Positions 1 to 13,300 of a DNA stretch of 64,000 nucleotides are shown one piece after another (position 1 is the first letter of the stretch; every line of letters starts with the position of its first letter). The stretch spans positions 138,614 through 202,613 of the forward strand of contig NMRA01000412.1 in assembly GCA_002633005.1 (NCBI GenBank), given 5' to 3'. Both the position numbers and the translations under genes were made by a program. The notes under the pieces are model-generated. The model searched no databases. It was not told the DNA's origin and saw nothing but the letters and a program-made list of their open reading frames with translations. This DNA comes from Phoronis australis (Eukaryota; Animalia; Phoronida).

Positions 1-560
1 ATTTACATCTAATTTTCAAATTTTGCTTGGGGAAGGTTCNCATCCCATGCGCGCATCTGGCGCCCGGTTCCACATCCGCATTCCCCATCACGTTCCTTTT
101 GAAACCCAGGCAATAGGGGGATCCCACTTCTCATATTCGCATACGGCAACAGGCGTTGCACCCCGTTTTGGCCATTTACCACCGTGCTCCTTCCAAAACC
201 CAGCCAGGGGAAACACTGTATGAGGTGTGTGTTCGAGTGAAAATCTTAATATTACAGGTTTAGCTACAATTGGGCCTTCAACCTATAAAACAAGCATCAG
301 GTTAGGATCCAGGTTGTGCTGGGAATGATGCTGTTTATACGAGAAGAAAAATTTTTGTGAGAAAAAAATGGTGCATGGGAAAGGAAATACAGTTTGCGAG
401 AAAAGATGATGTTAATGAAGAATGAACAAGGTTAATTAGAATTATGGTAGTCTGGTTTATGAAAAAGGGTGACAGACTAGCTTGAACAATGTGTATGACC
501 ACCTGTATACTAACAGTGCTTAAACTCTGGGTTCATTTGTATCTACCTGGTCTTTTGTAG

Positions 561-659
561 CGTCCCTCTCGTGCAATGTAGGCAAAAGTTTTCTGCCATG
601 GATGTTCAACTCAAAGGAGATATCAAGAAGATTATTGAAGACAATGTGGAAAAATATGG
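561..659 (+). CDS. CDC45: CDC45 exon (VPLVQCRQKFSAMDVQLKGDIKKIIEDNVEKYG)
   Basis: ttttgtag acceptor, GG|gtagga donor, 99 bp. Confidence 0.93.
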
Positions 660-3600
660 GTAGGAGCTGAAGGCTTCACGTATACCACACGTTAAAAACA
701 ATCGGACAAATTTTCGTTTCCTTCCATGGCGGCTGCTTCGTTCACTGAAAAAATGATAGATAATGAATCGTGTTTTGATGAAGTCTTTTAAATATTGCGT
801 AGAAACGTTAGCTACTGTTAGGTTTCCTGTACATTTTCTGTTGACCATGATAGACTGCTACTGAGTGGCAGTGAATTTTAATTGCTCTCGACCATCATGA
901 TGGAGAAGTCCGGGTCATTTTGTCAGATCACTTTTGGCATGTACTGTATTCCCTTGCAACACTATATATATTATGTTAATTGTTTAAAATATGAATAGAT
1001 ATATAATTCGTTGAATTTTAATCAAATAGATTACACTGTTAGAAAAAAGATTAGATTTCTAAAAATGTTATATGCTGTGTTGTCCAAATTCTGTTAAAGG
1101 GTATTTTTACTCCAATCTGTTTTGCTGTGCAGGTTTGATCTAAACGACGTCTTTCTTGCTTCGTTCAACGCTTCTTATGGGTTCAAGACACGTCTGTGTG
1201 CATATGATGTTGTACAGGCTTGTTCGGTGTTGTTGGAGTCAACGGTAGGTTGTCTACATAGTTAAATAAGTGTTTAAGTTCTTTTCAAAATTTGTCTGCC
1301 TTCATTCAAGTTCAAAAGATGTAAAATGAACCAATTTTTTAAAAAAAATTTTGGTAAACTGTTTGGTGTAAGAAATTTCACAGATTTTTGATATAAAGAG
1401 ACTTTGCCAACTTTTTTTGAAAATTCAACAAGAACTGTATGCTTAAACAAGATTCATGAACTTGAATGCCATACCAGTTTTGTAAAAATCGATAAAATAT
1501 TTCTCTACATTAAATTATGATAAAAATTGACGTTTCAATGGTTTTTGTCATCGTCTTGGAATTATGGTCCAAAATACAAATCTTAAGAGTTAACCTAAAT
1601 TTCCTCATTGAAGTCATCTGTAGTAATTAGCATTGTCGGCAAATTTCAGTAATCATTTCCATCATGTTTCCATTGCTTTGTAATATATTCTATAACCACA
1701 TGACACTAAACTAATGACCTGAAATTCCCCCCTCCCCCCCCCATCATATGGCTGAATACGAATGGAATTCACCGTCAGTACAGGGCTTGCGCTCACCTAA
1801 GGGGAAAGGTGCAGCATGAGCCTTCTGAGACGGTAATTTTTCAGGTGAGTTGAACCCCCGATCGCCACCAATTCAAGGGGCTGTGAGTTAAAAATGATTC
1901 TAAACTCTATGGTTTTTTAATTAGATGGATATTTTTGGGCCTGGTAATGGGAGTTTTGTGTCATTTAAAGTATTTTTTCAGAGGGAAATGGAGCTGATAA
2001 TTATTCAGCTCAAAAATTGAGGCTTCGGGGACCCTGAAGTAGCTGGATTGTCACTGTCGTGTCAGGTTTTTACCCCTCATGACAGGGAAATGAAAATTTT
2101 GCCCGATTTCTTTTCACATGCACAGTAACTGACCAAAATTCATGAGGGGAATTTCTTCTAAAAACAAATAGGCTACATTTTTAATTTAAAATAATTTTGT
2201 TCCCATTTGCAGGAGACAAGCAAGTCGATTTCAGACAATTTCTTAAATGCCCTAGATTTATTAAACAGGTGAGTTCATGTTTGCTATAGATTGTACAAAA
2301 AAATCAGATAATCAAGACACCAAGCCAACAACAGACTTAATGCTAGCATGACAGTAGAACACTGCGGTTTAAATAACTGAGTCAGATAGGTTCATTGTAA
2401 TCATGAACAGAGCAGATCTCAGTGATTTCGTCTACTGAGAACTTGAAACTCTTATTCCACTCCAGGACTCACAATTTCTGCAGAAATCATACAATTCCAA
2501 TGGAACAGTTTACATCCAGTTCTTCATCTGCATGGTTGTCAGTGTTCATCATCGGCTGAGTTGAACTCTGTAGACATTTTCTAAACCACATGTATGATGG
2601 CCGACCTCCCTTCTGTTGCAGAATCAACAGCGATTCCTTGGACTTAGGATTGAAGCAGGCTCGTAAACAGCTCCAAGCGATTGTGACCCAGGTCCAGTCA
2701 TTCCTGGACATGAACCACATAGTGTCAGCAGGACCATTTCTCTACACATTTGTGCAGGAGGTAACGATATTTCCGAATGAACTTTTATCTTGGAATGATC
2801 AGGCATCAAAATATGGGTTTTGGTATGGTCACTGTACTCCCAAACTAATTACTTTTGTCACAAATAGGTCATGAGGTGTCAGCCCACGAGCAAGTTTTCA
2901 CACACTCTTAACATCTAAATTCATCCATTGAAACTGAAACCACTATTGTGGTTGCTATGTTAACTACTCGTGTAGCTCGACTAAACATTGTGGGATAGTA
3001 CAGCTGGAGCACTACAGTTGATATGGTGTGAATCTTTTGTTGGCCAAGGTAATAGAAATTGTTGTTGAAAACTTTTCATCACAAAGTCCACAGTGTGAAA
3101 AAAACTTTCCCCATCTGCAAAATGGCAAAAAAATGGAACAGGTGGTGCAGGCAAGATAAGGGCTGGGGTTTCTTTACGTCGTCATAAACTCCATGACAGC
3201 TGTGGCTAGTGACAAGCTTCAGCACAGATGTTGACTGGACATCGATACATGTGATGGTGAGGGTGTGGCCATTAATAGCTCTTAATGAAGAGTACACAGC
3301 ATGTAAGACTTTAGTACCATAATTCATGGGTTGCTTTTGTTGCAGGGTACTCCAGACGCCAAGTACTTCTGTCATCCCATCTGTTTACAAAGACTGGCAA
3401 ACTTCACCCTCCAGGCATACATGGCTGTGGTAGGTCAATAGTGACGTCTTGAGTTCAACTCTTCTCTTTACCGGAGGTAGAAAATGAAATGTGTGATAAT
3501 TGTTCTAGTTTCTGAAAAGTTAGGATGCATCATACGTCCAAGCTGATACTGACATGAAAAGAATGATATGTTGCACCTTGTGAATTTTTGTTGTCGTTGC

Positions 3601-6543
3601 AGCCCTCTGTTGAGCAGTTCATTTGCCTTAGAATAACTAATTTTGATGGCAGCAATGAGAGAAGCCCCCTGTGTATACACACTGTTGTGGTATTTTGAGA
3701 TGCGATTATTACTTAGCAATGCTCAAATTTGTTGTGAGAAAATCAAGTCCCTGGCTAAAGAACTGCGAAATTATTACCCTCAAGTAAAATGTAGAAAGTG
3801 AAGAAATGTAATGGGGGAATAGAGGGCATCAGCAAGAGCTTTGACTATTATGTGCACTGGATGGCTGTGTGTGTATTGTCATCTGTGACTATTATGTGCA
3901 CTGGATGGCTGTGTGTGTATTGTCATCTGTGACTATTATGTGCACTGGATGGCTGTGTGTGTATTGTCATCTGTGACTATTATGTGCACTCGATGGCTGT
4001 GTGTGTATTGTCATCTGTGACTATTATGTGCACTCGATGGTTGTGTGTATTGTCATCTGTGACTATTATGTGCACTGGATGGCTGTGTGTGTATTGTCAT
4101 CTGTGACTATTATGTGCACTGGATGACTGTGTGTATTGTCATCTGTGACTATATGCACTCGATGGCTATGTGTGTGTGTTGTCACCTTTGCTCCCATCAC
4201 TCTCTGCGCCATTGTGATGGAAGTAATTCATTACACAGTTCTGTTGTTATTAAACAGAAGTTGAAAAATTCCACGAACATTTGATGTGACAAAAACAGCA
4301 AAGGAAACCAGGTGAAATCAAAACTTTAATTTGGCTGAATTTCAATGAGAAGAGACTGTCCTGAAAACTCAGCAATGCAATAGACATTGGAGCTTCCCAA
4401 ACGGAATTGGAAGTGGAGCAAGGGCAAACAGGCGAATAAAAAGTTTGTTTTTGTATTTAGTAAACAATAACTGGAGGGCAGTGGGAAGAGCTTCAACAAT
4501 TTGGTGTGCTTGATCAGCGTGTTTGTGTGTAGCTGAAGGTGTGGCATTATCCCAGAAACGCGATCGTTTTTTAAATCCTGTCTGGCAGACCCTTCCACAG
4601 CTGTATGCCACTGAAGAAATTGCATTTGAAACCGGTTTCTTCAGTTACAACTCGGTTTTAACAGTTAGTACTTATGCAGTATCCTTTTCAAAGAGGTCAT
4701 TTGAGGGTTTCTGAGGTCATCGGGTTTCTACGTTTACGTGTTAAAATATGTGGAATCATAGATGACTGGTTTTCTCTTTAACAGTGTAAGAACAGGAAGC
4801 ACAAGCAACTCCCCCTGGTGATGGGTGTACCCTTGAATACAGAGAGTGGGACATCCTTAGTTATTGGTATTCCACCCATACAGTCCTTCAAACAAGATGG
4901 CAAGAAGTAAGTAGATCTTACGAATGAACCAGTGAAGTGTTACACTTGATGTGCCGCTTTTAAACGAAAGCATGGAGAATGGATAAGATATGTTATTTCC
5001 AGGCCTGGAATTTTTGTATGCAACAGCATTTGGCTCCAGTTGTGAAAAATTACTATATTCACACTTTAATTTTGTGTGTCCCAGAATACTCTGTGTAAGT
5101 GAAAACAAAATATTAGTGAGTACCATGTAATTAATGGGTTTGCAAAGTCAATTAGGGGATTTCATCTATTACATATCTTTCTAAATTAGTAGACAAACTT
5201 CTTTTTCTTCGCAGTAATAACTGATGAATGATTCTCAAACTCACTAGATGGCACTAGTAAGACAGCAGTCCTTCACATACCTGAGTGTATAAATGCCAGA
5301 TGTTGAGAAGGAGCCTTTATTTGTTAAGACTAATAGTGAGTTGGCCATTCCCTTACAGAAAAAATGGGCATTCTTAGACTCATCCTGGTGGCAAAATAGA
5401 CTACGGTTTCCCTTTTGTTAACTTTTTGGTAAATTCCCCGTCGTTCTCAGTTATGATGCTCGCCAACTATGACAATGAGTTCCACTTGCACCCAGCCTTC
5501 ATGATGACGAATTCCAGGTCACTTTTGCTCTGTATCATCGAACTAGCCCCTTCATCAAAGAGAACTGAAATGAAATCGCAAATTAAAGCCATGTGTATTA
5601 GTATCCTGAACTAAACATTGATTGATTTGCCTTTCAGTTTCTTTGGGAAAGCCTTTGAGCAGGCTGCAAGCTCGACAAATTCCCGAACTCTCCATGATCG
5701 TTTTGATGAACACAGTAAGTACAGATGTACTCAAAACTATTTAGCTACGCTTGAGCATCAGTACTCGCAATAAATACAAGTTACCAAACTCTAGTAGAGT
5801 GCTTGTGAAAACTCTTGTTGGTTCTTGGTTTTCTTCATCTTATTACCTGTGGCTCATAGTTGCTATATGGGAAATTTTACACCTTGTCACTGGTCTGACC
5901 CCTTCACCTTGGTCAAGCATGATATTTTGTCTGCACACCTTGTCTCTGGTCTGACCCATTAATCCTGTTCGAGCATGACATTTGAACTACTGTTTGTTGA
6001 TTCAAAATCTGATGCTATTGGCAGACTTGCTGGTAAGATAAACCAAGATTTCCTATTTTGTTAGTCAATTCGTTAGTTTAATGATCATAATGGTAAATCT
6101 CACCAATTTCGTGCAAACATAATTGCCAAATTTGCACTTTATTTTTCAAGGGCTTTAAACATTGTGTGAATTCCCACAACTTTTTTCTGTTGGTAGCTAT
6201 AGCACAGAACTTAGGTATGGCATCGTTCTGGAATTACTGTATATCATTTGTGAAAAAATGACAAAAAATACACCTGTCTGCCACATTATGTCAGGTGAGA
6301 TTTTACCGTCTTATCAACAGTCATTAATAAAAGTCACTGTCAGAGGGTTTTGTCTATTTTCATCACCAATTAAATAAGTAATGGAAAATGAAAATTATAT
6401 CATGCAAATGTGGAAAATGAAAACCTAACACGAGTGTCATATATCCTGGTTCATCTTGTTGGTGCATTTATTTTTCAGTTATTGAAATGAAGACACAAGA
6501 CAAGAGCAAGTTCTTCGATGCCCTCATTAGTATTCTGCAGTGA
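561..6543 (+). CDS. CDC45: Cell division control protein 45 (CMG helicase component), 3' part; 5' exons lie upstream of the window
   Basis: Eight GT-AG exons with compatible phases: 561-659, 1133-1244, 2213-2268, 2622-2760, 3346-3429, 4785-4906, 5638-5714, 6479-6543. Joined translation VPLVQCRQKFSAMDVQLKGDIKKIIEDNVEKYG...YGFKTRLCAYDVV...SAGPFLYTFVQEGTPDAKYF...KQLPLVMGVPL...VIGIPP...KNFFGKAFEQAA...IIEMKTQDKSKFFDALISILQ* follows the CDC45 C-terminal half as I recall it. Confidence 0.97.
1133..1244 (+). CDS. CDC45: CDC45 exon (FDLNDVFLASFNASYGFKTRLCAYDVVQACSVLLEST)
   Basis: gtgcag acceptor, gtaggt donor, phase consistent. Confidence 0.93.
2213..2268 (+). CDS. CDC45: CDC45 exon (ETSKSISDNFLNALDLLNR)
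   Basis: tttgcag acceptor, gtgagt donor. Confidence 0.93.
2622..2760 (+). CDS. CDC45: CDC45 exon (INSDSLDLGLKQARKQLQ...SAGPFLYTFVQE)
   Basis: gttgcag acceptor, gtaacg donor; GPFLY motif; lies inside ORF 2590-2874. Confidence 0.95.
3346..3429 (+). CDS. CDC45: CDC45 exon (GTPDAKYFCHPICLQRLANFTLQAYMAV)
   Basis: ttgttgcag acceptor, gtaggt donor. Confidence 0.94.
3843..4184. repeat. 44-bp minisatellite, about 7.8 copies, in a CDC45 intron
   Basis: Unit GACTATTATGTGCACTGGATGGCTGTGTGTGTATTGTCATCTGT repeated head-to-tail with GT-count variants. Confidence 0.97.
4785..4906 (+). CDS. CDC45: CDC45 exon (CKNRKHKQLPLVMGVPLNTESGTSLVIGIPPIQSFKQDGKN)
   Basis: ctttaacag acceptor, gtaagt donor; LPLV and GIPP motifs. 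Confidence 0.95.
5638..5714 (+). CDS. CDC45: CDC45 exon (FFGKAFEQAASSTNSRTLHDRFDEH)
   Basis: ctttcag acceptor, gtaagt donor; NFFGxAF motif. Confidence 0.95.
6479..6543 (+). CDS. CDC45: CDC45 last coding exon (IIEMKTQDKSKFFDALISILQ*)
   Basis: tttttcag acceptor; TGA at 6541-6543. Confidence 0.95.
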
Positions 6544-7101
6544 TAACTTGGCACCCTTCTAGTCCCAAGCCCACTATTGCAAACGATTGGTCTGGTGTAA
6601 TTTCCTCTGACTAGTACATCTTAATGCCACCTGTGTTGTGCTAGGAAACCTTGCAACCAATCTTTAGCTATTCGAAATTTGAATAGCGATGTTATACACT
6701 GCCCCAGTGGCCTATTCACTGGCTTCTACGTTGTTGACTTCTTGTGGTTTTGACCCACAAACAGAAATTGAAGTCTCCATGACATGCAGTGCTACTTTGA
6801 ATGTCACATTCGCACTTAAGCAGAACAATGTTATAGTGGAGTATTAGATCACTAAAACACAGTCGTTCAACGCCATTTGGCCCCTAGAATAGCTAAAGTT
6901 TTTAGTTCTGACTCGCGTTATTGAAAAATAGTGAAGAAGCTTGCATCCAATGATTGATTGATGCCATTCTACAGAGTTGTGGGGAATCACTGTTTTTTCT
7001 TGATAAGACTGTTTTGTACTGTACACAGCAGACTATGTCAACAACCAGGTGCACAAAAAGGATACTGCATGGGGTTTTGACAGTTAGGGCTGAGAACAGG
7101 G

Positions 7102-7227
7102 TAGAGTTCAGTAGCTTTCTCGCGGCTAGAAAAATCTAGCCGAAATCACGTGCTCTCATTGAAAATACACGGCAGTATCTCGCGAAGTCTTGCTTTTTAA
7201 CAAGGTCCTAGCGTTACAAAACTCTAC
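7102..7227. mobile_element. Small MITE-like repeat (second copy at 54198-54330)
   Basis: Starts TAGAGTTCAG and ends AACTCTA; interior (aaaaatctagcc..aaatcacgtg..ctcatt..gcgaagtcttgctttt) recurs at 54.2 kb. Confidence 0.6.
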
Positions 7228-10200
7228 TCTGAATGGTGGCATTGTTACTGGTTTATGTTGGTCGTGTCAATACTACCTTGAGTTGATGCTATCTATTCAT
7301 TGTCAGTTAGGATGTAAGTTATTGTAGAGATGCCAATCAGGAAATTTTAAAATTCCAGGTAGTTTTGTTTTATAACATCAGAGAATTATAATTGTATTAG
7401 AATAATTTCGATTTTGAACCAGTTTCAACTTTTCTGCCAAGGAGAGTGATGCTGTGAGAGGGATGGTAACTTCCTGAGCTGGTGACAATACTTCAGCTAT
7501 ACATCACATCCCATCCCCCCTGCCTTGGCTATGACTTTCTTGGAAACTTGACACCCTCATATGTTTGCTTTTAAATTGAATGAAGCACAACACATCCAAG
7601 CATAGGTCACAAAACTCAAAGTGGCAATAACCACTTCACCCCCTGTCAAAATTAACTTAATTTAGACCACTCTCGTAAAGTTGTCTCAAAATTTCCTTTC
7701 TGAAGTTGGAAGTTAATTCCGGGATCTGTTGTGTGAAAAGTGGCGTAAAATAAACACATCTGGTAACCACTTTACAATTGCTGAATACAGATTTGCTAAG
7801 TAATTATGAGAGCAATAGTCTAGAAATGATCTGTAGAAGTTACCGATGTAACTTACAGTTATATGTATACTATCCGGGACTGCACTTTTGCTCATTTTTT
7901 TCTAAAATTGTGTGAAGCATAAGACCAAATTTCTGACTTCATTGATTTGAGTCAATTTACATTGTCTTCACATGACATACAGTTCTCGGCAAAAGTTACC
8001 AAAGTGACTTGGAGTTCCCAATCACGACAACTGAGCATAACCAGAAGTCAAGGTCACATTGGTACTCCATCAGTCACGACGGAACTGCTAACAAGCTTGA
8101 AATGTTATAATTGTTAGCATTTTGTCACAATGATGAGACATGACCAATCATTTTTGCTTGAAGTGTACTGTAAAACTCTGTTCAATTTCATGCTAAAATA
8201 TTGTCCGATGGTCGATATGGAGCTGAACTTAACATAAAAACATTTTGTTACACATTTTCCATGGAGAAAATGGTAAACTCGCTTTTGTCCGCCATACTGT
8301 TCTAAATTGACATTATTTGCCATCTGGGAGGTGGGAATGGTATTTTGTCTGAATACTTTTGGCGGTTAGTTTACTCTGTTATTCAGTTTTGTGAGTTTTA
8401 TATTATTGTGGATGCCTTGGTTTAATTTTTAACAAGGTCTTTGTTTTAAGTCTGTATAATGGTTACTTTGTGCATGCATGTGAACTGTAAATATATTTTA
8501 ATGCTTCAACATATTTGAATGTATCAGCCAAAATGTTTATTTGGAAAATAATTAGTTGTTAGTCTTTGTAAATATTGTGTAAATAAAAATATTTGTTTTA
8601 TTTGTGCAGTAGTTTCCAAAAAAGTTGATGAAATTTTTTCTCGATAAATGGCAAAATAGTGTTGCAATTCTCATCAAATTTTCTATGAATTCTTTGATTT
8701 TCATTTGCCAGTTCTCAGCTGTCATAGGTCTTAACATTTACCAAATTTGAGAAATGCGCAATATTGGACATCCCAAATTCAAGGGCACTGGCATCACTTT
8801 TAACTGACATGCAAATGATCAGCATAACTTTTTGGGAACTTCTGAATTTACTTTGACTAGTCTAGATTGGGCAACTCGACCGATTTGCGCATCAGAGAAT
8901 TTGCCAGTTCAGATCAAAGACACCATTTCGTGGTTAATTAAATTGCCAAAGGCGGCTGGTGTTATCATTCTCTAAATAATGAGACTATCATAAACACATT
9001 AGGGGTGACAATTTTTTTTTGAAAGTTTGTTAATAGCATAATATATTTAAATAGTTCGTGAAAAGTATACAGGATTAGGTTTTTTGAATTTTGAAAACTG
9101 GACAAACATTAAACAATTGACATATACTCGGGAACCCAATGGTCGTCCGCCTAAGCATAAAACCGACTTATTCCACTTCAAAGTTATGATCTGAATAGGA
9201 TTCGATTTAATTCTCACAGATATACCGCATTCATCGATTCGGAAGTTTTCTTTAATTTGTGCCGAGTTATTTCAAATGTGCACTGCCTTCGGCAGCCATT
9301 TTATTGTGACACCTAAGGTCGTCATATGCTGCCCCCTTTTGTAAAAACTGAGAAACATGCAGAAAAAGGCCAACGAAGTAATGAAAATTGCAACAGCCTG
9401 TTTTTATTGACATAAACTCGATTTGAAGCTTTGATGTTGAGCTCTGCACTGTGGTTTCCAATAAAAGCCAATTGGACAACATTTCAATGCAGTTTAATGG
9501 TGAATGCGTGAGGCAAAANAACGACCAACATTACTGTTACTTTATAAAAACTGAAAAGTAAATAATAGCCATCTTTGAATTTTTAAAATCGAGGCATTAT
9601 AAGTCAGAAGAGAATATTTAAAAAGTTGAGGGCTCTGAAAAACCACTCTGAGGAACCGTGAGAAACTGTTCCGCATGTAGAACCATTTGGCAACTGCCAC
9701 ATTTATCACTTAGTGCTAGTGTGGAAATCATGACTTTTATGTAATGCTCCCAAAAATTTGTACAATATTCCGCACAATTCGCGTAAGTGCGTATTATTTG
9801 GCACGGAATTTCCGCAATCAGTGTGTAATACTCTGCAGTCAGTGCGTGATATTCCACATAGCAAAAATTGAACTGATAATTCAGGAAATACTAACTGAGC
9901 AAATAAAAAAGTAATAATTGTAAACATGTTTAGAGCAAGGTATAGATTTGTTTCATGTCATTTTATGGCCTAATAATGGTATAAAAAAGTACGGAACCGT
10001 TCCATTCACTTCGACCCTAAATAAGTCTTACTTAAAAACGTTCGCCTTATAATATATTCTATAGCTATCCATAGCACTTCACGTACACACCAAATTTGAG
10101 TATTAATTTCAATTACAAGACTATTCACATTCATCAGCCATTTTCAGGCAACACTTTAAGCACTTTTAAACATTGATTTCGCTTTAGTGCCTGGGTCGAT

Positions 10201-10399
10201 TCACATGACAATTATCTATAGCCAAGGGAACCCAGTCTCATTTTTCATCTTCTTTCGCACAACAGTGATATAATCCATCAAATATGAAAACTTGAGATGT
10301 CAACAGTCTGTCTGATATTAGCGCACTGATGTGATAATGAAGAGGCAAGTTTTTGGGATGCACTTTTGATCCCAGTACAATTTTATGTGACTGGGCAAG

Positions 10400-13300
10400 T
10401 CAGACCTTTAGTATTCCCTTACCTTGCATACAAATGATATTATCTGTGTCTAGTTCTGCAGCTTCCTTTTTCAACTTCAGTTCCTCCGCCTTTTTCATTG
10501 TAGGCTGGCCTAGAACGAGAAGTATCCAATGATTTTCACACTTTCGACCCAACAAGGTCATTTTTGTTTCGCAAACATTTTACAATTAATATAAAAAATT
10601 CCCATAACAATGCAATGCACTTTTAACATCAAAGGTTTAAATAGTGATTTCAAAGTACTTGAGAATCTCACATTCTGGGTTTGGCTATTCACAATACAAA
10701 GGGAGTAATAAAACAATTATCTTGTTGGCCAGGCCAACAAACCCAAAGCTGTGTTTAGCTGCTTGGTGCAGTTGTATGACTATGAGCAGGGCTCACAAAT
10801 AAGTACTTCCACTGACCTTGCATGTCAATTTCAAAAGGCCTGTTGTGTGTAAATGACACCCATGATGTATAAAAAAGTCTAAGCCACTATATGCAGACTA
10901 CTAGTTCCCCTAAGCCCACAATGAATTGGTCCAAACTAACATTTGGGAGAAAATTACACTCAGTTGTACACACATATGAAGTTTGTGGACGTTGGCAGCA
11001 AATTTTCTTTTATGCCAAGCGCTACGAACACAACACTGGTTACCGCAGACATGTGACGCCTACCAGATTTTTTTCTTACTGAACTACATGACAAACTACT
11101 GGCATGTTTATTTGACGTGTAGCTAAAGGAGTGTATACATGTATAAAATAATATGTCATACAGTTTCCTAATTGTTTCAACAATAATTTATTGGTACAAT
11201 GTTTACCTGCTGACTACAATTCATCACCTAATACCCACATGGAGCATTTCAAATGTTTCCATAGATGTATGTTGCTTAGCAGATCCCAGAAAACAGAAAG
11301 CCAGGCCTAGCAAAAATGTCATGCTTCAATTTGGTAAACACAGTTTTTACCTCTCATGCCCGCTTCAAGCAAAATATTTTTGATCTTCTTGATTTTCTGT
11401 TCCTGTGTGCAATCTTTGAAAACAGTGGGATACCATAGAAATATTCCGCTGGCTCGCTGAATCCTGAGCAATTGCTGCAAATAACTCAAACGCTTCCTTG
11501 ATGACTTACTACCCTACAAAAATATAAGAATAATCCAATCAAAATTGTCCCATTTCTATAGCAATGGCCATCACATATGTCCCTGATTTTTACCTAGTAC
11601 GTGTATGGTAAAAATTCTCCAATTTCATGATGGACCTAGTAAAGGTGAAACTTCAAGCCAAAACTCAATTAAATTTATGAACTGAAGTGCATTAGTTTCA
11701 ATAATCCCGTTCCCTGGCAACACAATAGAGAGTTTGGCTGGGCTGCTGTGAACAGGAACATAGTTTTATGACATGAGATGTAGAAAATTACAAGCTGACC
11801 AAGCAGCCCATTAGCAGCCCAAGAAGCTGGACTGAATTCAATGGGTTATTGTGTCAACAATAGCAAACTGCAACCATCAGATGATCATCATAGGATGGTC
11901 AATTTTCACCTCCACTGGGTTCCTCATGTGAAACCGTAACAATTAATTATTTTGCTCAAAGCTGGAGCTTGTCACAAGTTGTAGAAATAGGCCACCCTGG
12001 CTGTTCCAAATTTAAGAATCAATAAGAAAGGTGGCAAAATTATTCAAAATTCTGGAATTAATGTGGTACGACACAGGCTACGCATGTTGAATACGCATTT
12101 TTAAACCCTTTAGCATGTCAATAATTACTCAGAAACTTTGACGAACTTGAGCATGTGTGATTTGGCCACTACAAACTGAAACATCCGTGTGCCCTTGTAA
12201 ATTGTTTGAATGGTCAGCCTTCATTCCTAAGTTACTCAAAGTTATTTTAATGACCAACCATGAGCCAGAATACATCGGAGGCGTCTAGTTTATGGTACTA
12301 GTCTAGTCATGTCAATCAAGTTATCAGCTAGAAAATAAAGAGAACCACAAAATAAAACTAATGGCACTAAAACCAGTGTCAGTCTACTCCTAGCAGTATG
12401 AACCATAATTTGTATATTGGATTGGATATATCAAAATTAAGATGTTTTAAGATTAAGGACAGTATTGACTAATATCACTTGATTTGGACTAGGAACCAGT
12501 AGAACATAAATACTCTCAATTCTCCTAAGGACACTTTTTCCACTTCATAGAACAGATAAGTTAGTTTTTTCGAAACCTAAACCCAAATAATGCTCGTTCA
12601 AAGCAACTTGGAGTATTTTCCAACTCAACTGAATTAAAAAGGAATGTTTAGTTCAATTTTTATTTTTGGTGATGCACCACAACCTAAAATGGCAGCTAGA
12701 GTGACAGCTGACTCATGCATTATGGGTAATTACTCAACTGTTGCCATATGTAATGCGGTTTCTGCAGAAACCCTGCCCACCTTTTAAAAACACTTTGGAA
12801 ATTAATAGTAAAACAAGGCAAACACAAACAGGGCTGAAAGTTGGGAAATGTTTATATTTTAGTGAGATATGTTTCAATGGACAAAACTCACCCTGTGTTC
12901 TTAACTGATGAATGTACAGGAAAGAGTATTCTATAAATGTTTTGTTGATCTAAATTTTCATTTTACGTACAGTAGTTTTCAAATAAGTTTACTTATTCGG
13001 CAAAGATTTGGCATTTTGTTTCACTTTCCAGTGATTAAATGTCACATTCCTTTTGGTTTCAGTCTAAGGCTTTCACCAACTTCAAAGAATGATGATGAAT
13101 TTCAACAAAAGTCTTTAACATTTCTTAAAACTATTAGAAGGCAAAAAAAAAAAAATATATATATATACACCATATCCATGCAGTCGCAATTTTAAAAACA
13201 ATGCATTTTGTACTTAAATACAGCGCAAAGCGTGATTTTTTTCATGTGCTTCGTTATATTCATATCTCAAATCTAATGCTTTTTAAACCTAAAAAGAGGC

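Noticed and set aside
2487-3375. Minus-strand ORFs resembling integrase or KDZ transposase fragments
   Set aside because: They overlap CDC45 exons and introns on the other strand and carry no convincing catalytic motif.
4326-5126. Penelope-like peptides on the minus strand (PLSVFKG, PLLKRILHKY)
   Set aside because: The best motif is just the antisense of CDC45 exon 4785-4906; the remainder is unconvincing.
12892-12930. 39-bp exon candidate on the minus strand with good splice sites
   Set aside because: The flanking HIRIP3-like exons need phase 0, in which it contains TAA; it could only be a poison exon and nothing supports that.
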